This document shows, piece by piece, positions 26,643 through 40,836 of a stretch of 64,000 nucleotides of DNA. Below the pieces are notes generated by a model that searched no databases, was not told the origin of the DNA, and saw only the letters and a list, made by a program, of their open reading frames with translations. The DNA is from Parasitella parasitica NRRL 2501 (Eukaryota > Fungi > Mucoromycota), in the NCBI GenBank assembly GCA_025201805.1, contig MU619349.1, positions 1 to 64,000 of the forward strand, written 5' to 3'. Position numbers and translations under genes: made by a program. How positions within the stretch are numbered: position 1 is the stretch's first letter; each line of letters begins with the position of its first letter.

Positions 26643-27380
26643 CTAAAGGCCCATCACTTCCTTTAATTGTGCTTTTCTTTGTTCGATTTCTGCTTGGATG
26701 GTGCTGGTGCTGTGCATTAGTTCGTTGAAATCCTCGTGGAAGGATCGCCCCTCTGAGGTCATGACAGCATCTACTTTAGCATCCAAGTTATCAAGTGTCA
26801 CAAAAGACTCTGTGCTAGTGTACAGCTTCAACAGCTGCTTGCGTCGTGTGTTTCTCTGTGCTTCTTCCAGCTGCAATCGATTGGCAATGCGTATTTGATT
26901 CCTATCTGTCTTGGCCTTTTCAGTGGCCTTCAGATCTAACAGCTCAACAACTTCTTGCTCATGTGCCTGCTGCTGCTTCTTGGCTGAAACAAAGGCCTCT
27001 TTGCTTTGCTTATCCTTGGCTTCTGTCATGGCTAATTTCTCTGCAGACTTCATCTGTCTCTGGCCATGCTTTTCTAATAATTCACGTGCATACTTGTGGC
27101 GTGTGACCTTGAGCTCTCGACGGTATAGTTTCTTTGGGCTGGTAGTTTCCAAGGCAGCGACAGGACGAGTGCCTTCCAAGTGAGAAGGGAGCGAATTTCC
27201 TAAATCTCTGCGCTTCTTGGCTGTCTTGACATTTTCTCTAGTTCCTTCAGGTGCTTCAAATCCAAGTGCATATCCTTTACGACCAGCAACAAATTGTGTC
27301 GAAGCAAGTCGAATTTTTTGGTTTTGTAGCTGCTGTTGTTTGGGTAGAGTGATGCGGCAAAGACGACCAAGTGAAGACAT
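26643..27380 (-). CDS. Probable mitochondrial ribosomal small-subunit protein mS26 (Pet123-like); intronless
   Basis: Arg-rich presequence-like start (MSSLGRLCRITL) and a long coiled coil. GYALGFEAPEG and LLKLYTSTESFVTLDNLDAKVDAVM resemble, from memory, yeast Pet123 GYAKGVKHPKG and [26 protein letters not shown]. Confidence 0.65.
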   Translation of the reverse strand: MSSLGRLCRITLPKQQQLQNQKIRLASTQFVAGRKGYALGFEAPEGTRENVKTAKKRRDLGNSLPSHLEGTRPVAALETTSPKKLYRRELKVTRHKYARELLEKHGQRQMKSAEKLAMTEAKDKQSKEAFVSAKKQQQAHEQEVVELLDLKATEKAKTDRNQIRIANRLQLEEAQRNTRRKQLLKLYTSTESFVTLDNLDAKVDAVMTSEGRSFHEDFNELMHSTSTIQAEIEQRKAQLKEVMGL

Positions 27381-28173
27381 GGTGATAGTGTTGGTGGGCA
27401 GTAGGAAAAATTGACAAGAAAATGTTTGAAGGGGGGCTGTTCAACTAGGGCCGACAAGGGGACTAGCTATAAAAGACAGTCCTTGATACCATTGCTACAC
27501 TTGCTTCAGGGCAGATCGTAAACCTCACAGACCTGTTCAGTAGTGAATACTATATGGAATGCACCTTGGCCCTTTGCTGGTCAATCGTGGCATTTACTAT
27601 TTCAAGTTTGGAAAGCAGACTGAGAGCCCTGAAACCATTCAACACTGTCTGAAGATACTGTCATTGTTTTTTATGATTATTTGAGGGTTGAAAATTGTAC
27701 AACATACTCCATTTTGATAGAATCCCTCCGTAAATTTCAACTAGAACTTGCCCATGGAGACCGACAAAATCCTTTGAAAACACATATTTTCATGAGAAAA
27801 TCAATATTGTTTACGACACCATTATGAAACAAACATGCCAAACATGTCGTAATTAATATTTGAAACTCTTTTATGATGTGATTAATCATGAAACTTGACA
27901 TGTCTTTTAGATAAAACAATGGTATCATGAAATAAAAGTCTTTTATTGTAGGGAAAAGAGCCATCAATGGTTCATTGTTCAGAATTGACTGGTGTAGCAG
28001 ATTTAGACTCAGATGTAGAACCTTGTATCTTTTTTTGAAAAAAAAACACAACTTTGAAACTCTATAACAACTCCAAATTTAAAGACAAATACATAAAATC
28101 CTTATAGGTGATTATCCTGCTTCTTAGCTTTCCAACGGTGGTAAAACTGTATTTTTATCATGCTTAGCAAACG

Positions 28174-28300
28174 CACGCTCCGATTTTGAAGATTGGTTGG
28201 TCTAAAAATCGGGAAAAAATGCTGTCAAAGATCTCTTGCCAGTTTAAAAAGCTGCAAAAAACTCAAATAACCTGCTCAAATTTTACACCAAAAGATTGCT
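28174..28300. repeat. Second copy (inverted) of the diverged repeat at about 20.5 kb
   Basis: CACGCTCCGATTTTG at 28174-28188 followed about 90 nt later by TGCTCAAA. The reverse complement of 20478-20575 has the same two motifs in the same order. Confidence 0.35.
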
Positions 28301-29879
28301 CTGCGTCCAACGAGTTGTTTAGTACCGTAATTGCGTTGTTTGATAGTCGTAATGTATGGCTTTTAACATGTCTTTATCTTTTCAAGTCTGTGGCGCGCTT
28401 TTAAACTGAAAATGCTTATTTTTGTTGTCGCTGCACCACACTAAATCGGTTTGTTTTGCTACATAGTGCTAGATACATCGCAGCCAGCGATTTGCAAAAG
28501 ATTTCTGCTACCTTGCCCTACTTTTGACTAGGTTTATGGGCGCATGGAAGTAAGAAAATAGGTGTCTGTCCACAATCTATTGAGTTGCAGCCATCAAAAT
28601 CATAGTAACCCAACAATTATTGTGGAATTGTGCTGTTTCAATGTGCCAAGTTGAGACCATTGTCATATACGGTATATGGCTATTTAATTTAGGGGACTGT
28701 TTAGCTAGTCATTAATTGGACATACAAGCATTCGAATCAACTTGCGTTAAATATGGAACTAGGGCTTAGTTCTATAGTCTAATTGCATTTAACTGTTTGC
28801 TATCGTTTGCCTATAAAAATGTTTCCATTGCTGACGATAAATGCACTGTTGCTCGTTGGTTTCATAATAGAATTGAAAAAAATTGTTGCAAATTAGTAGA
28901 GTTGAGATGCAAGCAATGTTTCAGTTTTTACAAACAATCGGTTTCTTGGTTTTCAATTCTTTATTATTCTGAAAAAGGATATTTTCCATGAATGTACGAG
29001 CAATGCATGATAGTGGCAGTTAGACTTTTATTCGATTGATCCGAGATATTATCTGTACTCTTCATGTACAATAAAATGATGTTCCTCGATAGATGTCTGC
29101 CGATATACATGATTGATCCTATAAAACGTACGAGAAACATATATACAAAAAAAAATATACACATGCAAAGGATGCTTTCCTCATCACTGCCATCACGTTG
29201 TCAAGTATCAAACCGCATGATTAATGCTATGTTTAAGTGGATCGTATTCTATTTATTTTTGGGAATTGCGTATTATTTGATGTAGTGTTACATTAAACTA
29301 TATTTTGTAATTTACAAGTAGATATGCAAAATTGGTCTACGAAAGTCGATAATGTAAAATACTTGGCACATACTGTATGCATGTAAACTACACTGTTGCG
29401 TCACATGGATATAATACAGCTGTAATATTAAATTTGATTTATGGAGGGGCTGATCCTGTCCAGGCTTATTTTTAGCTTCTATTACTGTATTTGATGCAGC
29501 GTAAAATTGTTGACAACAACAGTTCAAATTGCGGATGTTTTGTTGAACATCAAAGGACTCTTTTATACAGACTTACGGCATATCGATTGCTTTTAATGGG
29601 AGTTACACATAGATAATGATACTCCCTATTTCAATTTTGACGCTTGAAAACTTTGTGAGTTCTAGTCGTGTCCTCCCAGACGGTTGGGTTTATCGTTTGG
29701 CTCGGATATTCAACATGCGAAGAAATATTTTTTTTTTGGTATCACTTTTTTCGAAATTACCTTACATTAAATTTGCCAGGTCTATCGTGTGAGTTTTTTT
29801 CTTCTTCCTTCCATTTTGTATCATAAATTGCAAGAATTCACCCCGAGGAGAAGCTTGAAAATTTCATAGNNNNNNNNNN

Positions 29880-29918
<39 letters not shown>

Positions 29919-29975
29919 TACCCTCCTGTACATATTCACCCACCAAAAACGAGAAATACTGGCCTGAATTCTAGA

Positions 29976-31876
29976 ATGCATCACTCGCCTTCACTTCACT
30001 GTCTATTGCAGCCGACTCCAGACTTGCACCAATTCCATCCCCAGGCTGAGGATATTTTAACAGACGAAGACCTTCTCGAGCTATTTCGAATAGTAAAGCA
30101 AATTATTCGGAAAAAACCAGACGCAGAACGCATCGCAAAGCTGTATTTTTGTATTGTATATGCAATGGGCGACCTGTACCAGTTTTATAAGCCCATCCAC
30201 AACAACGTCATGATATTTAGAGACGAATCAAGGGCTGCTAGTCCCATTACAGCCCAAGTCCAGCTGCCTTCATCTGTATCCTGTTGTCAAAACGTAGCAA
30301 ACAGTGCATCGGAGGACACACCGTCTAGAGAGACACCTACGTTGACCACCCCTACAAGCTCTACACTCTCGCCTCAAGTGGATTCTTCTCCTCCCACTGC
30401 AGCAGGACCAGTTCCTCAGCGGATACTTTCAGTTTCATACCTGACAAATCCTTCACCTTCTGCAAATTCAAGCCCACAGCTACCGCAAATTGTGTCTCGA
30501 CCTCCTGATGAAACAACAACAGATCAATTCTCTGTGCGGCCATATACAAATATTAGACCTATTTATCCACCCTCGACCTTGTATCAACCTCCTTGGACAT
30601 CAGTAGAAGAGCAGAAAAATTCAACCTTCCCACATCCATACAGCCAGAGAACTCAATCTCAGCCGCACAATCCACCTCAACCACTGGAGAATAGATTCCC
30701 GCATCTAAATACTCTGATGAACGGTGCGAGTGCTGAAGTGTTGATGGAGCCGAAACAAAGAGGGTTTTACTATCAGGATGGTAGAATTACACGAGAGCCT
30801 GCCTTGTTGCAGCGATATGCTGAGCAAGGTGTGCTGACTCAAGCTTCTTTAATGCGCAAACGAAAAAAGACCTTTGGAAGCGAGCCTGATTCCCCCTACG
30901 AATTATCCACCATACCTGCTCCTATCAAAAAGCCGAAAATCCCTCACCGACACGGTGAATTCAAACAAAGACGTATAGTAATCTCCACATTGATAAAGGG
31001 GCTGACATGTTTAAACTTACACTACTTATAGGTGATGATATCATTAGTCGAATGAGAACAATCTTGATGGCCGATCTAGAACAGAAAGCCCAACGACTGC
31101 CAAGTCAATTTACACTGGGCATCGAAAAAGCAGCACTGCCACCAGATCTCAATGCCGATGATTTGAGCACAGAAGAAGCCAGTAAATTACTATCGCCAGC
31201 TCTTCGTATATTAACGTTCCACTCCAACATGAAGCCGCATCTTGATAATGGCATGAATCAAAATGGCATTTACTACAACAACGATTATTTCCAACTTTAC
31301 ATGGCCTTTGTTCAATTCCAAAATGTGTTTGAAGCATTATTCCCAAACGAAGTGATCAAGATATCCACTGCTAGTACACCTGTTTCTCTAGATGACACAA
31401 GCAACATGCCATCTCCTGGCTCAATGGCCGAAAGAGATAAAGACCGAGAACGGAATGCAAATATGAAAGCCTATCGAGGTTGGATAGAACCCTTCTTGAT
31501 GGAGACAAACTGGGCAGCTTTTCGCAGAAACATCATGGTGGGCGAACGCATTATGCAACTCACGCAAGTTGTTGGTCAAGGTGTACTTTTGATGACCAAA
31601 GAACTGAGTGGCTCAAAGCTTCATTTGACATTTACCAATAATGAATGGGATGAATTCATTCAGGGCCTTAGCCAAGGTCTTTGGGATGAAACCATCGATT
31701 GGAGCCATGATGAAGTTGAATCGACTGAGGAGAGAAGGAGTGCTGGTAGCTGTCTTCTTGTTCATGAATTAAGACTTAAATTTGCTACTCATTTTTGGTT
31801 TACTGAAGAGGGCACTGTTGTTCCCTCTGCTGAAAGAAAAAAGCTTCGTGCCAAAGAGCGTCAAAATAACAAGTAG
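29976..31876 (+). CDS. Protein of unknown function; Pro/Ser/Gln-rich N-half, basic NLS-like motifs, ordered C-terminal domain; 2 exons
   Basis: Two long ORFs joined in frame by a GT-AG intron at 30972-31031 (FKQR|RDDII). Contains RKRKK and KKPK. No family motif recognised. Confidence 0.8.
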
Positions 31877-32081
31877 CCTCATGCAACATGTATCTATTTA
31901 ATCCTCATTATGTATATTTTTGTTGTCGATTTCAAATAAACGTTAGAATAAGNNNNNNNNNNNNNNNNNNNNNNNNNNNNNNNNNNNNNNNNNNNNNNNN
32001 NNNNNNNNNNNNNNNAAAAAAAGGCCCCTCATAAACCTTGAAAAGATGATATATACATGCGTTTTATTCTAAAACTACTAT

Positions 32082-33096
32082 TTATAACAAATCCTTCCAC
32101 TCTGAATCAACCAAACCCAAATTCTCAGCGCCGTATTTCTCTTTAGCAGCCTTGCATTGTTCTTTCAATTCACTAGAAGGCGCGATTTTTCTCTTGGTGA
32201 TAATACTGTGGATGGTGCGCAATGTCTTTTCGACCATATCTTCGTCCTCTTGTTCTTTTGTGTACTTGACAAGGACCTTTTGGAGATCATCCAAAATCCC
32301 ATCCTTGACCAAACGTTCTGTCAACCCAATATCATCGTCGAATACCAAACTGTTGTACAAGAACACAACCTTTCTCAACATGGAGGCATCTTGACAGTTT
32401 TTCAAGATATTATGCAACTGGTCGAATCCGTCTAATTTGTCAAATGCTTCCACACCAGCTTTATTGTGCTTCAAGAAACCAGAGATCGCATATTGTGCTT
32501 TGTTGCGAACAGATTCATCCTCGTCATTCAGTAATTTCACAAGAGGTTCTAACCCACCGTTATCCATAAACTACGAGACACAGAGTTAGTTTCTGCAGCA
32601 GAAGCTATCCAAATGAAATGTTACCTACAGCTTTTTGAGCTTCAGGGTTGTTTTGTACGGTAGTTCCGCAAACCCAGGCAATTCCCTTACGGACTTCGGG
32701 AGCCTTATTATCCATTTCCTTGATGACAGCAGGCCAGAGTTTCATATTTTCCATGTTACGAGCATTATCAATACCTTCAATAAGCAGCTCCAAGTTGTCA
32801 AGAGCAATTTTCTTGTTTTCAATTGTATCTTCGGGATCGCTAATGCATTTGACGGCATCTTTTGTAAAAAAAAGAAAAAGAAAAAAAAAAATCAGATTAA
32901 ATATATTTGTTGAAGCAAGAAATAGAACATTACCTTTCATACGAGTGGCATCGTCTTTGCCTAAAATTGCTTCAAGAAATTTGGGATCGTATTTGGTGGG
33001 ATCAGGTTTAGCTTCACCACGACGGATAGCTGCAGCTTGTTCGGCTAAACTGTTATTATCGCTGTTGTTGACAGCCCATTGGAGTAGCTTTTCCAT
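32082..33096 (-). CDS. FES1: Hsp70 nucleotide exchange factor Fes1/HspBP1; 3 exons
   Basis: MEKLLQWAV.NS, DDATRMK, ALDNLELLIEGIDNARN, AWVCGTTVQNNPEAQ and VRNKAQYAISG (armadillo repeats). Confidence 0.92.
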
Positions 33097-34734
33097 TGTT
33101 GTGTACTATTGCTATGTTGAAAAAAGAAAAAAGAAATAATGGCTTGTTTGTTTCGGCTCCTTTTAATCATACGAATATTTTTTTTTTTCCTTCTGGTTAT
33201 TTCCAGAGAAATCCAGACAGCATCCGGACCGGAGACATCACATCAAAAGTCTCCTAAAGGGCTTGTAATCAAGCAAAAAAACTGTATGTGTGCATCAGCA
33301 AATGTTGAACCCTCTTCGTGTGTCTTTGCTTGGCTTGAGTACTTGAAAAAAACAGGAGCTTTATTACAGCTAGTGCACACTACATTTAATAAGAGATGAT
33401 ATCATGAACGTATGAAATAGTCATCTACCAAAGTAGCATTTTGCGTAAATAATCAAGTCCAAACTCATTTTTGTGTTGAAGCATGATTAAGACGCTCAAA
33501 TTTTAAATCACAATCTGGATTAGTCTTACTACTGCAACCTTTTCTTCTTTCCCTATGAACGGCATGTAATGATGCGTTTTTTGATACTCTTCTATGAGAA
33601 ACGCAAAACAATGAGTAACGGAGAGTATGCTATTCAAAAGTTTCTGGTTGGGATATTGTTTGCTATTATTCTTAAGCCAGTTCTTTTGTAACGCAGGTGT
33701 CAACATTGACTTGAAAGTCAATTGACTTTATGGCTCTAAAGTAACTCTTAACTCGATAACTGTTTTATTCTTGAGCCCTGAGATTGCGGGATAATTACCT
33801 ATACGTTTTGAGTGTGCGATGTTTGCTTTTAAGATGAATGGACAAATAGTATTTGGTGGGGCCACTCTTGCATGCAATGGCTTTTTTATTTTAAAGCAAA
33901 AGGTCTTATTCTTGACAGGTCCCTCAGAAAGACCGATTTCTCATTCTTCAATGCGGGCTAATGCTAATCTCTCGACTTTATATATATTTATGCACAAAGT
34001 AAATATGCCCAGAAGTGTTCAATGGTTCTTTCAAGCCCTTGTATATATCAAACATTGGCGATACGTCTTGGGAAATACTGAGATGATATGAAATGCATTA
34101 AAACTTATATAAAGGTATTCAATTTGGATGAACAAAATCAAGCCAGAAATTTAAAACTGGTTTGATGCAACCCAATGTCGATTTGTCACCTATATCCTTC
34201 ATCTCTTTTTCTCCCACCTTATTCATTTATCTATTGTTTAAATCTAAAAGGTCAGTTCTGTAGCACAATTACTGCACATGTATGATTCTAACAGCAACAA
34301 AAAGTATTCAAAAGGCCATGTATATTATATTATCGCAATGTCGATAGTTATTGATGATTTAGGACCCTATTTTATACTATTAATTCAACCCCATTCTCTT
34401 GCTCTTTTAAGCATCCTAAAACACTGAATCCCGGCTACAATACTAATATTGACAAGTACAATACAACTCAACGGAACATAATAAAATGGCGCAAACAGAT
34501 AAACTTTAGACTGTAATCATCATTCTATTGTGCACTTTGTCGTTTCTCGACATTTTGTTATTCGAAGCCTTTGCATCGATTAATTAGAGCATGGCCAATT
34601 AACGAGTAAGCGTCTTTTCAAAATCACACACACAGCCAATACGGTTAACACTCATTACTGTACTTGCCTCCTTTTTTTTTTATTCTTTCTCTCTTTTTTT
34701 TTTTTAATCTCTTTAATAACCTGCAATAGATAAA

Positions 34735-36330
<1,596 letters not shown>

Positions 36331-37085
36331 AGAAAATCAACAAAAAAACAGAACATCCCTTTTTTTATTATTCTTTGCCTCCCCACACCTCCTGATACGC
36401 TTTCTTGACAAAAGAAACATGATTATTACATACAACTGATACCTTGTTTTGTGCGCTTTTATATTAGTATTTTTTTTTTTTATTTCTTTTTATTGTTGTT
36501 TTTTATCATATATACACATATATCCAATTATACAATTTAAACAAAAGAATAAGACTTTTTTGTATGTTTTTTTTTATTTATTTACTAGTCTCAATGTCGA
36601 TTGGTTTTTAATATGTATCTATAAGATGTATGTACACGATATGAACCAAAAAGCCTTTCCACATTTACTAATTTGGTGAAAATCTAGAATGCTCGGGCAT
36701 CTCTTATTTAGGAGGGCATCCTAGTAATCTGACCAACTTGAATAAAGTTGCTTTCATCTCCTTCAAAATTCCCGGAACCTTACATGTCGAAACTGCTAGC
36801 ATCCCGACATTGCTTTCGTTCTCGGACAGCTTTAGATGGCTCCCTGGTGCCTTAAGCGCCATGAAGCGCCATGAAGATAAACCTATAAAACGTGGTGGTG
36901 TATATTCGTAAATTACACTCTTAGGAAGAGGTACCAAGGTAAAACATGTCAATAACATGACTCTATTATTGACGTGTGAGCTAGATTGAAATATCACATC
37001 AACGAAAATCAACAAACATGGGTCAATGCATGATCTATATTTTGATAATAATTTGATTCGAACGAGTTCCCATCACTTGCAGCTG

Positions 37086-37155
<70 letters not shown>

Positions 37156-38078
37156 TTTTTATTTTTGATATAGAAGATTCGATATGCTGTGTAATGTTTC
37201 TTTTATTACGGATTTGATATGGAACGGGGGTAAGTTGATTAATGTTGTTTGGGATGCTACACATAATGTTGGCTCTTGTTGTTGATTTTATAAGTATTCT
37301 GTGGCGCATATATAAATTGGAAGTGCATAAACTTTAACAAGTTTTTTTTTAAAAAAAAAAGACATTTCTTGTGCAGATCTATTTAATATACTTTGGTTAT
37401 AATTGAAGAGTTACTTTGCATGTACGGTAGTATATACCTACAATCCTACTACTAGATGGCAACTCCTCTTGTTACATGTACTATATATCATGTATTACAA
37501 AGCACAAGAAAAATAGACGAATTATACTTTTTGATGCTGCGTGTTGTATTCAAAAGTAAACCCCACATTTACCATGTAATGTGGGCATCATTTTGTTGCA
37601 TAACTCTCCTTGAAGAAGCTGAAAGTAAAAAAAAAATAAAAAATAAAAAATAATAAAAAACCAGTGAAAACGCCCCTTATGATCCCCTGATTTCCGTTTT
37701 CTCAGTGTAGATGTGATGTTTGAATACGATTGTGTTGCAATGTCAAGTTTTTGATCTAGAAGAATCTTTCCAGTTGATTGATATATTAGGGCGATACAAG
37801 ACTAGTATGGATATGAAATGTGATTCAGCCCACGATCGCTTGTTGCTTAGCAACGAGTGGGAATCCCCTTGATATTCAGCTTATCTGCTGCTCCTTAAAA
37901 GTATGGAGGCGATTTGGATGGATTTACTTTATATTTTTATTTCTGAAGTGTGCCGAAAAGAAAGGGGAGACGCACACAGTTTGTTTATATGGGAAAAAAA
38001 CTGGATCACTGTTTTTAGTTCCACATTATAAGAAAAACTCAATTAGTAGCAAACAACTGTGTAAAACGTAGATCGTAG

Positions 38079-38150
38079 CCAATCACACCCAAAAAACAGG
38101 AACCTAATTTTTTTTTTTTTTTTTTCAGGTGTCTCAAATAGTATAAAAGG
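38079..38150 (+). promoter_or_regulatory. Putative core promoter of wc-1 (CCAAT box and TATA box)
   Basis: CCAAT at about 38079 and TATAAAAG at about 38143, followed by a pyrimidine tract and AAAATG at 38212. Confidence 0.45.
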
Positions 38151-38211
38151 ACCAACTTGGATTTGTTGCTTCTTCTTTTTTCCTTCTTTTGTTCTATACA
38201 TTAAAAAAAAA

Positions 38212-40342
38212 ATGACTCAATATCAGCAGCAACAAACTGCCACTGCAAGCGAATTCAATATTCCTGGTTTGAACCAGCCTGTCGCAAATGATCAGCAATT
38301 GGCAGAAATCCCCACCATTGAACTTGCTCCTGTTGAAGTGGAGCAAACATCGGATGCCCCATTGACCGGTGTCTACTCTAGCTCAGGCTTTGATTTCGTC
38401 GGTGTTTTGTCCAAGCTCGTTAACAGACCAAATCCACAAATCAATCTGGGCCCTATCGATATGTCCTGCTCTTTCCTGGTCACAGACGCTCGTCAATACG
38501 ATTGTCCTATTGTATACTGCTCGCCTACCTTTGAAAACTTGACAGGCTACTTGGCGAATGAAATTGTCGGCCGCAACTGTCGATTCTTGCAAGCTCCTGA
38601 TGGCCAAGTTACTTGCGGTTCTCGTCGTACTTACACTGACAATCAAGCTGTCTATCACTTGAAGGCCCAGATGTTGCAGAACAGAGAGCATCAAGCCTCC
38701 ATCATCAATTACAGAAAGGGAGGCCAACCTTTTGTCAATCTCATCACTGTAATCCCCATTTGCAACGATAACAACGAGGTTGCCTTCTTTGTCGGTTTAC
38801 AGGTCGATCTTGTAGAGCAGCCCAATGCAATTTTGGAGAAAATGAAAGGTAATGCGCAAGGCCTGATCGGCTCCATCAATGTATATTATTGACTGATTGA
38901 TTTCATGTTCTTAGATGGTACCTACATGGTGAATTATCAGCAGATGAACATCCCACCTTATGTCCCTGGTAGCAGTAAGTGTTTCTAGTCAAACAGTAGT
39001 CATGACTATTCTGACCCTCTGAATTCATCCAGGCTACAGCTCGGAACCTGTCGACGACTATTTCCGTGAGCTGCCGACGACTGCTCCTGCTTCATCTACA
39101 TTGGCTTCTCCTGAAATTCTGGAGCTTGTCAACTGTGCTGGCGATAATGAACAGCAATTGCAACAAGAATGGAACAAACTCTTGCTTGATCAATCTGAGG
39201 ACTTTATCCACGTTCTTTCGTTAAAGGGCTTCTTCCTCTACTGCTCTCGATCGTCATCCCACTTATTGGAACATGACCCTGAGGAACTGGTGGGCCACCC
39301 CTTGTCGTCCATCTGTCATCCTTCTGATATCGTTCCTGTCATGCGTGAGATCAAGGAAGCTGCAGGTAACCCTGACAAGGTTGTTAATCTCATTTTCCGT
39401 GTCCGTCGTAAATACTCTGGTTACATGTGGATGGAGTGCCAAGGTAAAATTCATATCGATCAAAGCAAGGGCCGTAAATGTCTCATCCTGGCTGGTCGCG
39501 AGAGACCCATGTACGAGTTGGTTCGCAAGGAGATCGTCCACGCAACTGATATTACCTCTGGCCCTGAGTTCTGGGCCAAATCTACATTGACTGGTCTCTT
39601 CTTGCACGTTACGCCCACCAGTGAAGAGGTTGTTGGTTTCTCTGCTGATGCGTTGGAGGGTGCTGCCATCTACCAATACGTAGGTGACAACAATGTTCGT
39701 GATATCACCCGTGCTCTGGAGCTTGTCAAGGAAGGCCGAATCGTAAACCTGCACCACACCATGCAGAACAATAAGGGTGAATACATTCCTGTCTTTTCTA
39801 CCTTTTATCCTGGCGACGTCTCATTTGGCGTCGGCCGTCCTTCGTTTGCACTCATTCAAATCAGAGCCAAGGAAAGCACAACCACTGGCGATGCCCCAGT
39901 CCTGGAATCCATGGTTGACACTCCCTCAGATAACGATGAAAATGTATTTGCTGAATTGGAAACCGTCAGAGGTACTTCATGGCAATACGAGCTTCATCAG
40001 CTGCAATTGGCAAACCGCAAGCTGAAAGAACAGCTTGAAAACTTTGCCAACCCCAAGCGCAGAAAGGTAACACCAAACAAACACAACCCCCTTGGAAACG
40101 CAATCACTAATTTTTGTTTTGAATTTAATACATAGCAAAAGAAGAAGAAGGTTGTTGAAGTCAGCGATATCCCAAAGATGTGCGCCCAATGCCAAAGCAC
40201 TGACTCCCCCGAATGGAGAAAAGGGCCCAATGGACCCAAAGAATTATGTAATGCTTGTGGTCTTCGCTATGCAAAGACATTGGCAGCAAAGAAATCCGAT
40301 AACAATCAACAATTAGCCCATCAACAAGGTGTAACTGCTTAG
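38212..40342 (+). CDS. wc-1: White Collar-1 blue-light photoreceptor/transcription factor (LOV-PAS-PAS-GATA), madA/wcoA (wc-1a/wc-1c) type; 4 exons, about 645 aa
   Basis: LOV motif GRNCRFLQ, two further PAS domains, NLS KRRK|QKKKK and an intact GATA finger [30 protein letters not shown]. Introns 38849-38914, 38975-39032 and 40067-40135 splice in frame. Confidence 0.96.
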
Positions 40343-40836
40343 GTTACCAATATTCCCTTTGTTACTCTATGATACCATCCTTTCTCCCCTTCCCTCCTTC
40401 CCCCCAATATTTCCTTACCGTACCCCACGAAAAAAGCACATAATAAAAATATTTAGTTTTTTGCAAGAATAGTTTAAATTTGATGGATTTGATAGCAGGC
40501 AATCAACTAGTGTAGTGTATCGTATTGGCTTGTAAAGACGTGCGTCACGAGATGGTTGGTATAATAACATGATTTAAAGAGGGGCTCTTTCTCGCACATG
40601 GTCCCTTTTTGCTGTTGCATCTGTATAGCTAGCTACTATTAGTGTACTCTTGTATATACGGTACAAGAGATCAAAAGGTTAGTGTACATAAACAGAGCGA
40701 GTTGAATTACAACTGAGATGCAAAAAAAGCTAATGAATGAAATCTAATTTTAAACTTCTTGGTTTCCATACATAGAAGCCCTTTCTTTCTGTTTGCTATA
40801 CATTTTACTCGAAATAAGAAATTAAAACCAGACTGA

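Noticed and set aside
27480-28051. Leu-rich minus-strand fragments that might be a decayed F-box/LRR-like gene
   Set aside because: No diagnostic motif could be reconstructed; too weak to call.
36704-37015. 103-aa minus-strand ORF between the MAPK and wc-1, with a 10-bp tandem duplication
   Set aside because: Non-ATG start and no recognisable domain; cannot be supported as a gene.
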